DNA from: Phoronis australis
Taxonomy: Eukaryota > Animalia > Phoronida
Assembly: GCA_002633005.1 (NCBI GenBank)
Contig: NMRA01000192.1
Location: 1 to 64,000 of the forward strand
DNA length: 64,000 nt
Reading direction: 5' to 3'
The position numbers and the translations under genes are program-made. Positions 37,901-51,700 of this stretch are shown one piece after another; the stretch's first letter is position 1, and each line of letters begins with the position of its first letter. The notes beneath the pieces were generated by a model. The model had not been told where the DNA came from and ran no database searches. It worked only from the letters and a program-made list of their open reading frames with translations.

Positions 37901-39740
37901 GTGCCTGTGATGATACAATAACCAACTGTCAGTTCTTTTCATAAGGAACAACGTGAAACAGATTTTATATCAAGGCGTTGGTTTGTTGCATCTACGGGAA
38001 TATGTGAAACGAACTTACTGTACCCTTCGAGTAGCCACGCAGTTAATGAATTTGATAAATTAGTCCACGCCCAAGTTCTAGAGAAATAAAACAACAAAAT
38101 TTTATCATGAAGAAACTCGACGCGGAACTATTTAGTTTGCTTTCTTAAACCCTATGTTTTTTTGGTAAAAATGGTCCATTAAACCACGTATATAACCTTG
38201 ACTTTAATTGATAACGTAAGCACTCGCTGAGCTACGAAACTTCCGAACACCCATGGGTAGGTTTTTGGAAGCTTGACGGGACCAGTCCCCTTCCACCGGA
38301 CATACTTTTATATTCTGTACACCAGGGTCTTATGAATAGCCTACAAACAAAGGGGGCCTTCCCCAACAGTTTCCTCACTCGTAACTAGCGTGCAGATGTT
38401 TGTGATGCTCTGGGCGATTTTATTGGATGCCCCTCTCTATTCTCATCAGTCTGCATGGACCCTAGCACTGAGAAAAGTAAAAAAACGAGATATAAAATAC
38501 AGATTAAATTTATTCAGTTTAACTACAAATCAGTCAAAATTTCAAGAAATTTATTCATAGAGATTGGATGCACCCCCGATATGGATACCCGGGGCCGTGA
38601 CCCCATCCCCCCTACTGCACGCTACTGATTCTCTAGGAGTCTTGTAACAGCGAAATTATATATTATATAGGCCACAAGGCACTCTCGAGGAGTTCAATGG
38701 TAATTACCAAAGAACACCACAGAAATGCTCTGTTGTTACTTCGAGAATGGTATTTGATATTGACTCCAAGGTGACCCTCATGATAGCCAGTCGGTAAAAT
38801 AAACCTTAAACGACCGCTCGGGAAGATAAGTGGCACCTTGATTTGTTGCCAATTTTCTCGCTGAAGCGCATCTGCCTCGAGGTGACCATCTTATGTTATG
38901 GTTTGATACAGACTATTTCAATTCCCTATTAACAAAGAAACTCAACCAGTCAGCTATTTTCCAAACATTGGACTTCACGGACTGGGAATCATGAATCTAT
39001 TGCTTATGATCTCAGTAAATCTGGAGGTGGGGATAATCCCCCCTTGAGTCCCCGACCAGTATGACCGGAGTTTTTAGCACTGGGATGAAGCAAAGATTTT
39101 TAGAGGTATCATATTCGATGCAACGATTTTTTGGAGAATGCACTCTAGAATTATGGGGCACTCTGTGATTAAAATGCCATGCCGATTTATCCTACATCTT
39201 TTCACAGTCGTAAATACCGCGCAGTGGCGATAACGTGTAAACACGGACACAAATAGCTCCCTTGAACATGCAAACTGCCAAACTTTCAAGATTGTCGGCG
39301 ATATGAGTCGCATTGTCGCACAATTTCATTCTCACAGTTTGTTGGTAGTTAACCCCCGGAACAAAGTAACTTTACACCACGTGAATATCGGTTCATTCAT
39401 AAAATCGTTACGACACTATTTGGGAACTCTACTTTCAGTGGCGAACACTTTACGGTGCATCCTTTCCATTAGACGTCACTTTTCGGTACTTATTTGGCTA
39501 CCCACGAACAAAGATTTCAGATCTGTGTTTGTTTACTGATCAACAAGTAATACTCACTTACAGAAGTGCCGCATTTGAGAACCAGCCAGTTTCGGGCATC
39601 AAACTGGTTCTCAATATCCGAGACTCTTATAAATATAAATAACTATTGCTGATCTGCTTTGTAACGCCAGCTTGCTTGTCCCATGATTCCTGCAAGTCAC
39701 CTCAAAAAGATGTTTTCACCTTGAAAGTGCTTTGTACGCA

Positions 39741-40013
39741 AGAGAGAGAGAGGGAGAGAGAGAGAGAGAGAGAGGGGNNNNNNNNNNNNNNNNNNNNNNN
39801 NNNNNNNNNNNNNNNNNNNNNNNNNNNNNNNNNNNNNNNNNNNNNNNNNNNNNNNNNNNNNNNNNNNNNNNNNNNNNNNNNNNNNNNNNNNNNNNNNNNN
39901 NNNNNNNNNNNNNNNNNNNNNNNNNNNNNNNNNNNNNNNNNNNNNNNNNNNNNNNNNNNNNNNNNNNNNNNNNNNNNNNNNNNNNNNNNNNNNNNNGAGG
40001 GAGGGAGGGAGAG
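39741..40013. repeat. (GA)n microsatellite spanning an assembly gap (N 39778-39995)
   Basis: GA/GGA runs flank both sides of the N block. Confidence 0.95.
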
Positions 40014-43000
40014 TTCTTGTTAGGTGATGTAAATATTAATTTTCAATGATTACCGGAGACAATCGACTAAGCTCTCTCACCCCTCGTGCTGTGAGGATTT
40101 ACTTTCGCGACATGAAAGAAATCTAACAAATGAGACATTCAACTCGTTGTCTCACGATTCATTTTGCAGCAGACGTGTGTTATGATCTGAGCTCATTTGC
40201 ATTCGAGCGCGTAGCTCGCCCTGGTCCTTAACGATCTCGAACTACTGTTTGGTAAAGTAGTGTATCGTTCACTGTCACTAATGACAAAAGAAATTAACTA
40301 AGTGTGCAAAATTATAGGGTCGTTGAACCAGCACCTTTTAGTTAAAAACAAGTTACCACTTGCGGTTATAAAATCGGTCTCATCTTGTTCCGTAGTCAGA
40401 TTAGAAACAATTCCCAAGTTTAAGAACTGACAGTTCCTAACAGCTTACTGCCAGGTTCATGAAGTTTGCTTGCCACGGCGGTTTACTTTCAGTCTCCGAT
40501 GCAGTATGGTTATGAGAGGAGATCAAGGCGGCCAATTTTAATTCAAGCAAAAAACAAAACAGCACGATGTCGTTGCTGAGGGAGAGTAAATAATCATGAG
40601 AAGAAAGTAGCTTTTTTGCACCAGAATATGGTTTGTAGCGGTTTTATGACCTGCGTGGACTAACAGCATGCCACATCAAAATCATCACGATACCCGTCAT
40701 GTTTATCGCTTCAAGGTTTGTTTAAATATCGTCCATTCAAGGCGAAACCACTGAAACGTTTTGGTACACGAGAACTCGAAATAGTTTAATACCATAAACA
40801 AACAATTTTTCCCATCGGTTTAACTTTCTCAAATGTTAATCCAGTATTTTGCATAAGCATATTAATGATCTCCAATACATTAGTGGTCTATCAGTGGTTA
40901 GTTTGTGATGAAATCTTATGCAAATATTTCTCTAGAAAACACAATTCGCTTGGCGCCAAGTATGTCAATACGTGTTTAGTCCAGCTTGCCTTTGCAGCAC
41001 ACAGGCAGGCCTCACTTTAGCTAGTGTCCTGTGGTTGACTCGTGTTCGTTTACAACGCAGAGTTTATGCGACGCAACTACCAGTGCTGAAAGAAAAATGC
41101 AGTTGCGACAAAAATATATGTAACTATATGACTACAAAAGGCCAGTCTTAAAGACATTGTTCGTCTGCGTTTGGTGAGAGTATTCCGGGTTATGCAGACC
41201 TTGGCTTCATTAGATTACACTACAACTGTTGACCTAAATGATCCTAATCCTCGTGAGCTTCTCTGTGTCATATAGGTTTTCAGGGTATGTGGCCAAGAAT
41301 ATAAATTCTGCTTCTGTTGCCATGGTATTTGACGAAAGGTTTGCAATAACGAATCTGAAGTTGTGTTTAGACTCTTCCAGTCAAATTCTGGAGAAAAGGG
41401 AAAGAAGCTGAGCAGTTTTGTGCTCCAAGAAATGCGGATAAAAATCATATGAGTATGGACAACGTACATTGAGATTTCTAAAATATACTAGACGAATGTT
41501 AACTAATTTCAAAACTTCTTTAGATAAGTCAAGGATTTGATATTGGTTCTAGGATAAGTCTTGCTCGATTCTGCTAAATAATGAAAGGCTAACATCGCCT
41601 GACACCACTCATTGCAGTTCGACGCTTGACGTAACGTACTATTACAAGATTCACTATAGGCACGCTAATGAAATCATATAAAGTTGATAGAGAATATCAT
41701 TAGAGAGCTATTATCGCGAGTTACATCATCAGAGCAAATACTCAGATAACAACGTATTGTGAAGACACCCCACAAGGTCTCAGCTCTCTGGCTCTTACGG
41801 GGCTCGCTTTATATCACGCACAATGTAATTTTGTTATTCTGCTCGGATTGTGTTGGTTTTTGAGGACTGGCCAGTCACTTGTCAACAGCGTAGTTTAATA
41901 GAAGCTTAGATCGACACTGACAGTGACTGGTGAATATTAAATACGGCAAATGGCCAGCCCGGGTCAGACCAAACCGTAGCGTATGAACAATGTATAGCAA
42001 ACGGGAAGGACTGGAAAGAGTATAGAGTCTAAGGTCTATTCTTAGCATTTTTCGGATCATCTAAAGATTGATCGTTCAACAAATTCCGAAAGTTCAGTGA
42101 CTCTGAAAATAAGATCAAGTCAGCTGAGTTCCGCGTATATGACCTAAGGAACGACCTGTGTCAAAACGTCGTAATAAAGTAAAAAGGGGTTATTTGGAGG
42201 TAATTTGGATTCTATGGCCGGCATCTTTTAAACTTTTCGGTTCTATAGTGTTAAAATAAGTAACATGAACATACAAACTGCTAAACTGTCAAGATTAGCG
42301 CTAATCTATCTCAGTTATCACCGATAAATATACCGGGGAGTCGCATCTAATTCCCACAAACAATCGGACAATCCCTCAAGTGGCAATTTCGTTGTCAAAA
42401 TTTTCTACTGAATAAACGGTTGGAGGAGCCAATATTATGTCAACCCGAAAGTCATAATAGCGAACCCGAGGGGCACTGTATCAAGAGGATATAATTATAG
42501 CAGTGGCTCTGAATGAGTTGGTTACTCTTTCCTCTGTTATTAATGGTAGCTTGTAGCCGACACGGAAGTTTCCATTCAAGACCCGCCGTCCACTCGTTCA
42601 CATCGAAATCTCTACTAGATTGGCACTGGGAAAGCGTGCAGGCACGCTTAAATGTACAATGCTATCACGACTATATTTCCGGGGCTATTAACCCAGATGA
42701 GGTACTCCCCGTCGGGTGGGTACAACGTGTACAACGCCAATGAGCAAGTATTTGGACTATTTAGTACAAAAAACAAAGAATAGATAGTCTCGAGTGTTAT
42801 TTTAGACTTTCATGTCCTCATTGTCAATTTTCCATGTTGTATATATCAGCTCATCTCATAATTACTAATGGGTGGTGATCCTACTGGCCCTCCCGCCTCC
42901 AACGATTCTGTATTGTTTGTATGACAAACTTGAAATTCGAAGCGGCTTTGAATCTCCCGTTGAAACAATCAGTGATGAACTCATCTCATACCTCTACGTC

Positions 43001-44573
43001 ATCACACGTGTAATAAGGAACACCAACAGCAGTAAAAACAAAACAAAAACAAACGAAATTGCACACCAAAATATGAACCACAATAACTTTTTTCAAATAT
43101 AGCGCTACGCAAATGGTACTTCACTTTTATCAAAAAGAACATGCGCCGGCTTTACCATTCGGACGTAGGCGTTACGTCATATACAAGAGTACGTGCCTAA
43201 ATGAGCGCACGTACAGTAGGGATCTATATGAATAAAATCTGACTAGGAGGAGACCTTGAAAAGTTAATAAGGAAAGGCGATTTTTGCTCTGAAGATGTAG
43301 AAATGTATTGCACACATTGTGTAATAGTGAAGATCTCGGACGTCGCTAATATTAGAGTAAGCTTTGTGCCCCTGCCGGGCCTTTGTTTGCGCATGCCCGA
43401 ACATCACATAATACGATAATTATGTGACAACATGAAAGCGAGGGAACAAAATTTTTGCATAATGCTTTCTTAACAATTTCACGCGTTTTTGTTGATCAGT
43501 CAGCGTGAATCTCCCAAACGACAGGACTTCAATAGTGATTTCGACGTATTGTTGATGTTTGCATCTCTCACGATAGTGTTTCTCTTTGGACTTACGCTAA
43601 CCGTTGTCGCTGGGAGCAACGCCGAACAAGAGGCTTAAAAGCCTTCAGTGATCATCAAACAATGAATTTTTATAACTGAAAATAATTTATTTATTCTTTG
43701 TCCATTTAATGAACATACAAGCAATTGAGGCATGTGTCCAATTCACACTTAAAATACGCGTTTTTATGATTTCCAATGTCAATCGCCATTTGTTACTGTC
43801 ATTTAAATACGTCAACATAGAAGTTCAAATACATGCAGAAAATTCTATTGCTCGCTGAGCGGAGAAAGAATGATGGACGCTTTATCGCCCAGGGCCCTCG
43901 ATTGAAAACCAATACATCTAAAAATACACGAAATTTAATACGTAGCTATTTTTTCAATTCCGAAACAAACATTGAAAAACGGTTGGTATTCAACTAGTGC
44001 TCTTACAACCGATCGCGTAAATTAAAAATTTTGTAAAATAAATTTATTTGGGCAGAACACAATTGCGACCCCACCTTTTAGACACTGATCAGTTTGGGCA
44101 GGCGACAACTCTTTGATTTGTTTAGTATTCTACAGCGTACGTGACCACTTCAACGTCGCTCCCTCACAAGTGACCAATTCTAACCCGCCAATTTAAACGT
44201 ACTAAACACTCGCTACCGTCTCCCATAAAAACATTAATTTTAGTGTAGGCTTACTCCTAACGTGCTTTCTATTTGTTAGGGTCTGCAGCTTCTTCGGTCT
44301 TTATTGTCGCATTTCGGCAATGGCTGAAATTGAAGTAAGTTCTTATTGTGCACGCTCAAATAAAAAACCGCCAGAGGTCTACTCGAAGATCATTTTGTAT
44401 CAGGGGTCAACATTAAGATGACTTGAAGCTTACGTAATTTCTCATAAAAAAGCGCCAGAGGTCTCTCGCTGACGACAGTCTGTCTTGAAAGTTATGCAAG
44501 CTGTTATAAAAAAGTGCCAGAGGTCCCGAGTGACCATCGTTAGAATGGCAATAAATTTGCCTTCCTTTACAAA

Positions 44574-44829
44574 AACCACTTACCGTTATGAAAATTGGTC
44601 TCAAATTGCTACCTAATCAAATTGGAGATCTCTTCAAATCTTCGAAAGAATTGACAGTTCGTTATGGGTCGAGATCAAGCTATACAAGTTGGCTTGTCAC
44701 GCCGAGTCATTTTGCTCACCAAGCACGGTCTCAACTGAACGGACAACGAACTGCAAGTTTTTGCAAACCCAGAAATCATTTCTCATCTCAATAAAGAACA
44801 AGTTTAGACCAATATGAACGGTCTAAATC
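44574..44829. mobile_element. MITE family A, copy 3
   Basis: Runs ACCACTTACC...AAAATTGGTCTCAAATT to GGTCTAAATC, with internal GAATTGACAGTTCGTT. Confidence 0.6.
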
Positions 44830-45312
44830 AAAAGTTCGCTTTTAACATGCAATCATACAAGGGGTGGGAACGACTCCATGGCCGCGCCTCTAAATTTCAG
44901 CTTCGATCGAAAAAGCCCCAGTCCCGGACGAGCAAACGTCAAAATCGCAGTATAAACCGCGGCGAAAAACAGGATACCAAACTCCATAGGCCTAAGCGAG
45001 GGACAGATTCCTGACCCGTATCCGTGGTTTGGTTCTGGAGTTTGGTCACCGGGTATAAAGTGCTTTCGGCGCGTGTGTGGGGTTTAGTGCTCGTTTCTCC
45101 GGGAATAGAACCTGAAACTTAGTTTTTGTCAACGTCTTGCATTATGCAACGATTGCGCACTGCATTTGGTGAACACGCGAGCCCTTTGTTGTCGTCATGG
45201 GCGCATGCGTAGGGGATTGAAGAGGTGACGTGACGTATACTCAGTCCACGAGCCATTCATCTAGGAACCAAAGCGTCTATAAACCCGCCTTCCTTCACAA
45301 AACACCACCCTT

Positions 45313-45935
45313 GATTTACACCACTTACTTTTATAAAACTGATCTCAAATTTTCCTGAAAATAGTCAATTTGTAGATACTATTAAGGAGTGTACATAGAT
45401 TAGGTCGAAAAACTAGCGTAGCAGAGCGTAGCCTGTGCAGTAGCCTACGCTGCAGACGACAGCGGCACCGGAACTGCGATAGACTTATCTTCCAACCGTG
45501 AACAGAACACAAAATGAAAGACAATGTATAATATTATTAAACAACAAATAACCCTTACATTTCTGGATCCTCAGGAAACGTAAAAATGGCACATCTGGGG
45601 TTTTCGTGGATGAATTAGTGCAATTTCATTTATCGCACTGCAAAATACGCCCTTCCCCATTGTTCTCGCGCTTCCTACTTGACCGTTGCTTAATCGCCAC
45701 TTGGCGGCGCTAGCAGTAGCGATAACAGCGAACTCACAAATGAACTCTCCTATGAAACTACACTGCTTGATACTATCAGGCAGCGAGAGAACTGACAGTT
45801 CGTTATTGCAGTGAGTTAGCTTGTCAGTCAGGGTCGTGTCCTCTGTGTGCCGAGCGAATAACGAATAACGACTTGTCAGTTCCTTGAAAATTTAGAAATC
45901 ACTCCACCAGCTTCATAGTGGTAGTGGTCTGAATC
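45313..45935. mobile_element. MITE family A, copy 4, enlarged by nested sequence
   Basis: Runs GATTTACACCACTTAC...ATAAAACTGATCTCAAATT to AGTGGTCTGAATC, with internal GAACTGACAGTTCGTT. Confidence 0.5.
45559..45754 (-). pseudogene. P-element-like left end with frameshifted THAP first exon
   Basis: Candidate terminus CATAGGAGAG at 45754. From ATG 45660 it reads MGKGVFCSAIN/CTNSSTKTPDVPFLRF/(P)EDPE with two frameshifts, then donor GTAAGG at 45558. Confidence 0.6.
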
Positions 45936-48530
45936 AAAGGTTCACTTCTCGAACGTTCGCGGGTTTACAAAGCAGGTGCCCTCACCGTGTGGCAAATGCT
46001 TTGTTCCTGCTCAAGTTATCAGTACACACATGCGCAATGAGTGTGGCAGCGTTGTCCATTACAATACCGAAATCTCTGAGCCAGCCAGCATGCGTTTCGG
46101 GAAACAGGGACAGGGAAAGAAGGCGAAATGTAATGGTTTCCTAATTCATAAACAACACAATAAAACACGGTTGGAAATGAAAAGGACAACTTCAGTTGAA
46201 AAACGACCGTTTTTCGAGTGGCAAAGCGTAAAAAGAATATATTTGGTTAGTAAAATCGAAATGTGACCATTTTTGAATATAACATTAAAATGGTCTAAAA
46301 CATTACTTGTGGTTAACCATTCGGAGAGTTGTGCATTTTTAGTCGAAAAAAATAGATCTGCCCAAGTTCAAAGGCATCTTTTTTATCAAAAGAAGGTTTA
46401 GAAGAGTCGTTATTTGAAATAGAATGTTTGACTGTGATTTAGGTCAACATTGATTAGTACTCATATTTTTGAGGTTTGTAATCATAATACTTAACAGTAG
46501 CATTACATTGTTTTCAAACCATCCCTCTAACCGTCGAATAATTTTGAAAGGATCGCCTTCACCCAAAAGGGAAGGCGAGCGCAATTTATGAATGAATCGA
46601 CGACCGCAGATTGTGACGTGAATAAGACCCTCGGGGTATGAAATATATTTCTACATAACAATCCCGACGCTGAGACACGCTTATGTAGACCAAAGCGGCG
46701 CATCCACCGCCACAGAGCCCGGAAACGGTCATTCACGTGAATTCATTTCCTAAACATTTTTATACGCAAGCCCCTGTCTCTCCGTAGAGTAATCCGAAGT
46801 CTGCATTTTGTTTTGCCCAGTTCTCTAAAGTGTTTGCGTAGGCGAGGTGAAAATAGGAAAACGAGAGAACAGACGACTTGCAAACAGTTTAAAAGCAGTG
46901 GCTCATGGTAGATTGGCAATTTTCTCGCTCGGCGATTCAGTTGGACAGATATAGTTTCGCTGATGAATGATTGGTGATTGTAAATCACGACATGTCTTTT
47001 TCTAAATAAGGAAAATATTTATGTTTTCGTAAACAGGTCATGTGTTAATATACCAATTATATTTTGAATTATTAGCGTGCGAAGAATGCATAAAGCCGTG
47101 TTTATTGAGGTTAACAAAGTTTTTCTACTGAATGCACGAGGATAAGTGTTAAACTGTTTTACATGTACGTGAAAGCGAACACGAGATGGAGGCCAAAAAC
47201 AGCAAAACATGATTTTTTTCATAATGTCCTTCCTGACATCGTAGATACTACGCCGATCACACATAAAGTCACAGTACTGGATTTGACGTTTTTCTTTTTA
47301 GCTTTAGCTGGCTGTTGCATTGACACTAGCTAACGGCGGAGATAACGTCACGCGTCACTAACGCAAGTGAACACAGTGTTGTGTTCAAATTGCTCAATGC
47401 ACACTGTCCCATCGTCAAAGGTGACAGTGAGACATATTTCTCAAATTATGAAACCAGGGTAGCATTTCGTTTCTTGCGAGAAAAGTCAGATCACATAATA
47501 TTGCACATAATCATACGAATGAAAGGCGAGTGTTTCGCGAGTGAGCTCGAGATAAAACTAGCGTAACATTGCAAAATGGCGCCTACTGAAGTGATTGGTT
47601 GGTGAGTTTGATTGTTGAATTATGGGACAGAATTCGCCGTTTCCGTTCCATAAACCACAGAACTCTAGTTCTACGCATAAGCGAAGATTTCTCACCGTAA
47701 ATGGAAACAAGTGTCGTGGGGTCTACGGAACGCAGCCCTGTTGCATGCTATGCTCAGGAAACAATAAAACGTATTATGCAAAGTTGACGGACATTTAATT
47801 TTCTGTCACACAAGTGAAACATTTACACAAAATTCCGGTATCTGGTGCTGACTATCTATCGTGACAATTGAAAGCAAGTTAAATTCCGCGCAGACGCTCC
47901 GGTATGTGTTCAATGAATGCGTGAACTTTTTTTAACCCGTAATTAGTACTTAAAAATTCGCCACCGAACAATTGTATCGCCCGTTGATATACTCACATTG
48001 AAAGGTACAACAGAATATTTTATGTAGGTGTAACTCCAGAAATGTTGGTTACTATTTGTAACAATGTATCTCACGGTTGAGGCGGTGCCCGGATAATAGA
48101 ATTTTTCGTTAATCAGTCAGTTAATGGAGATTTCAAGTGCAGACTCGATGCTTTCAATCTATTTTAAGACCATCTACAATCATGACATTGATCACAATTT
48201 GTTCTTCACTGTAAATAAGAGATTTCTTTGCTTGAAAAAATCCAATAGTCCATTTTTGAGCTCGAGAATCGACTTGACTATCGACGGATCGAGTAATTTT
48301 CCTGTTTCAGTTCCGCGACGACATTCGTAAGGTTTATAGCTGCATGTTGCCCTGTTTAGCAGACTAAGAAACATAAATCGAATTAGTCCTTTTATTTTCA
48401 TCAAATCTAATAATATTCAGAAAATTTGGCTCGTTCCCACCTGCTAGCACATCAGAGTTAAGAAATGATTCACGCAAACTATCTGAGCAGATAGAAACTA
48501 GTGGTGCATTTTGAAACCTTCTATTATTAA

Positions 48531-48770
48531 CATGCGCGCACCCAGGAGGGGGGCTTGGCGAACTGGGCAAAAAGGTCCGCCTCAGAGAAACAAAAAATCC
48601 GAGAAAACGAGACAAAAGTCCACTCCAAAAGGCGCGAATGCACAATTTATAGCTCTGAACGTGGTTCCCCGCCCGTTTTTTTTTTTTAGTCCACCGTATT
48701 TTTTGTTAGTAAAAGGTCCACATTGCCAAAATTTTGAGCCCCCCTATATGTAAGGCTGGGTGCGCGCATG
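48531..48770. mobile_element. MITE family B, copy 2
   Basis: Perfect TIRs CATGCGCGCACCCAG / CTGGGTGCGCGCATG. Flanks ATTAA/GTTAA match at 4 of 5. Inverted homolog of 18675-18878. Confidence 0.85.
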
Positions 48771-51700
48771 GTTAAGGAGTCGAGTTAATATTATTTTTTG
48801 AAAATAGTTGTGTGGAGCGTAAGACAACAAGTCTGTTAGACTTGGTGACTTAACACTTCATGAAAAGCACACTGGCCTGACCTCCATTAACTGAAGAGTG
48901 CTTGCAGGAAAGGAACACCGGCGAAGAAGAATTACACGACGATAATTGCATTTGCCAAAAAGAACTTGGTCTAAGCACCTTGCGAATCGTTTCTAAGACA
49001 TTACCAGTCAAGGTCGAGACGAAAATGTACTGACACCGAATTTGCTGTAAACTGCAATAAATGTGAAGACAATTGCTTTCTTGCGGAAGTATTCAAAGAA
49101 TTACATTGTTTATCCTCGTTTTCTCTTTACCATTGCGCTGGGATATGAATGCATTTTCACTTTTTGCATCGTTTTCTTGATTATTACACATCGTAAGTTC
49201 ATTAGACAAAAAATTGAAATGATGCTCTGGTGTAAATTTCGGAACTCATATACCAGTGTGAAGTCTAACCAGTCGGCTTTTTACCAATACATAGAACACC
49301 GTAGCCTAGACGGACTCGCGTCTGCACGCTTTGTTTTGAAAACCAAAACCAAATTGTTAGACAAAAACGCGGCTTCACATTAGCAAAGGTATTATTTGAG
49401 TCTTGAATAACACGTAAACCAGATATACCATTATTTTGTCTGTTTGCCCGGGGTAGTCACGGCCTCAGGGTAATTTTTAGCAATCTTGGCCGATAAGTGA
49501 CAGCTTTCATATTGTTAGTTTGATTACTTTCATGACACAAATCTCCCAAGGATTTCCCAGCGCAATGTTCACAGTAATAGATGCGTTTTTAAAGGAATGC
49601 ACACGTTCATTTCACGAAGAAAAAAATCTCATACGCATTTAACAATACATGTTTTTGTAAATACAATGAAAAATGTATATTGACTTCAGCATAGTCGATA
49701 CGAATGCCTTGAATGATACCAGTCTAACTCTGTGTAATTTAAACAATGCGACTCGACTCCTCGTGCCTTCCAGCCACTGTCGGCTTCAAGAACGGAAGGA
49801 GAGGGTATTCTTCAAGATATAACAACTGTGTGTAACTTCTGAACCGTAAACAAAGATTGGCATGTGTCATAAACTAATCTTCTACAGATTTCAACGTTTT
49901 CATATGTATTTTATTGAGTTTGGGCCTCCTCGCCTTACCCGCTCTGCATAGAAGTTAGTCTATCGGTATGTAAAATGTTTTATTTCCCTTTTTCATAGTC
50001 ACAACGGTGTCGTTTCTGTTCCAACACATTTATCGTATTTATTATTGGAAAAATAATTCTTATGTTCAACATCAGATAGAATATTTCTAAGCCGCGCGCA
50101 TTACGGCCAGGGGTGCAAGGGGAGACAAACTTTAATTCTAATTTACGTCGTTTGGTAATACATTGAACATGAATTCATGAACCAATCACAAAATGGAGCA
50201 TACTATAACAAAAAAAACAAAAAAACACAAAGCGATATAAAGTATTAGCTGTGACTGTCACAGACTCAAGACCTAACAGGTTAATTAGGACAGGAACCTA
50301 TTAAAGACAATTGGTTTATCATTACCTAAATACAGGTAGGAATAAGTAAAATCCACCAAAATCAAAAAAAAGATCTCTCATCCACCCGTCAAACTGCGGT
50401 GAATTTTGACTTAGTCAAACAGGAATTCATTAACTTTAAAACCAATGAATACAATAACAACACCCATGCCTTCAGTTGAAAATCATGGGCACGTAACCTT
50501 TCCACTGCAAATATGTAATTTCATGCCCGGCGCCCTTCAAAATCATTCCTGCTTTAGTTTTCTGCGCACCACCTACTTCAGTGAAATTATGTAACAACAG
50601 CAAAGCGCAAAACCAACAAGATCTCTATTTGGGGACATATTACAAAGTGACAAAATTCAATGAGTTTTTAAACAGTTGCGCCTGAGGGATGAAAGAAAAC
50701 TCCAAGCGGATAGTTGAAAGATGGAAAGTAGCGCAATTATGTTTAAGTTGCATTTTAGTATGTTCACAGCATCGGGTATCAACAGACAATATACGATTCA
50801 GTTCATGGACAGGTCACATCACCACTTCCTGTAGTGAACCACCAAATGAGACGATGAGTTTCGTTAAAACATTCATTTATTCTTAAAAACACATATTGTG
50901 GGTCGGATTTATAGCCCAAAGCAAACATATAGATAGAAGTCTGTTGAGCAACAATGCTATCTAAGCAATTATTTTCACTATACAAAAGCAAATGAAATAC
51001 ACGTACATGTAGTTGAAATGTAATGTAAGAAAACGCCACCAGTCAAAATAGTTCAAATACCGATCAGACATTAAGTACTACAGACATATGAAGAAACAGT
51101 TGAAGCAGGTTCGACACCAGGATCATACACAGGGGGCGTGACTGGGCTAACATTAGGGTGCTTCAGATTAGCAACAATAGCAATTAAAAGCGAATGATCA
51201 GGGAGGGGGGGGGGAAGACAGCACCCTGGGACCCTCCTTAGTATCCACCCCTGATTAGTGGAGAAACACACCTTTAATTAAATTGCACAATGCCCCCTGG
51301 TCAGTAGAATAATTACTGAAAGAAATGCCAATTTTAAACAAGGGGAATAACTTGCAAGATTGGAGGTGTGACTCCACCCACTGACAGTCTACTTGGGCAT
51401 AAGCTGAAAATGCCAACAAAAATAGAACAAAGGGGATAAAGAGTAGTGGCCAAAGAAAAGGTGGAAGTTACATGAACACATGTTTGTAGGTAGTGTCGAA
51501 CTTCCTTCACAATTATGATACTTTGGGTGCATAGCACTATCTCACCAATTAATAGCTTAGTTCAGGTTCAAATCAATTTTACTATACACATTTTAAAGTG
51601 TGATTAAAAAGGTAAAAATGACCAGAACGGCACATATTGGGTACTTCCGCATCTACAGCCCGAGTGATTTTACAGAAGTCTACGCAGGAACAAGCCAAAA

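Noticed and set aside
39646-40049. ORFs with ER/RE repeats and X runs
   Set aside because: Artefacts of the GA microsatellite and N gap.
44362-44530. CRISPR-like array
   Set aside because: Eukaryotic context, only three short imperfect repeats, uneven spacers and no cas genes.
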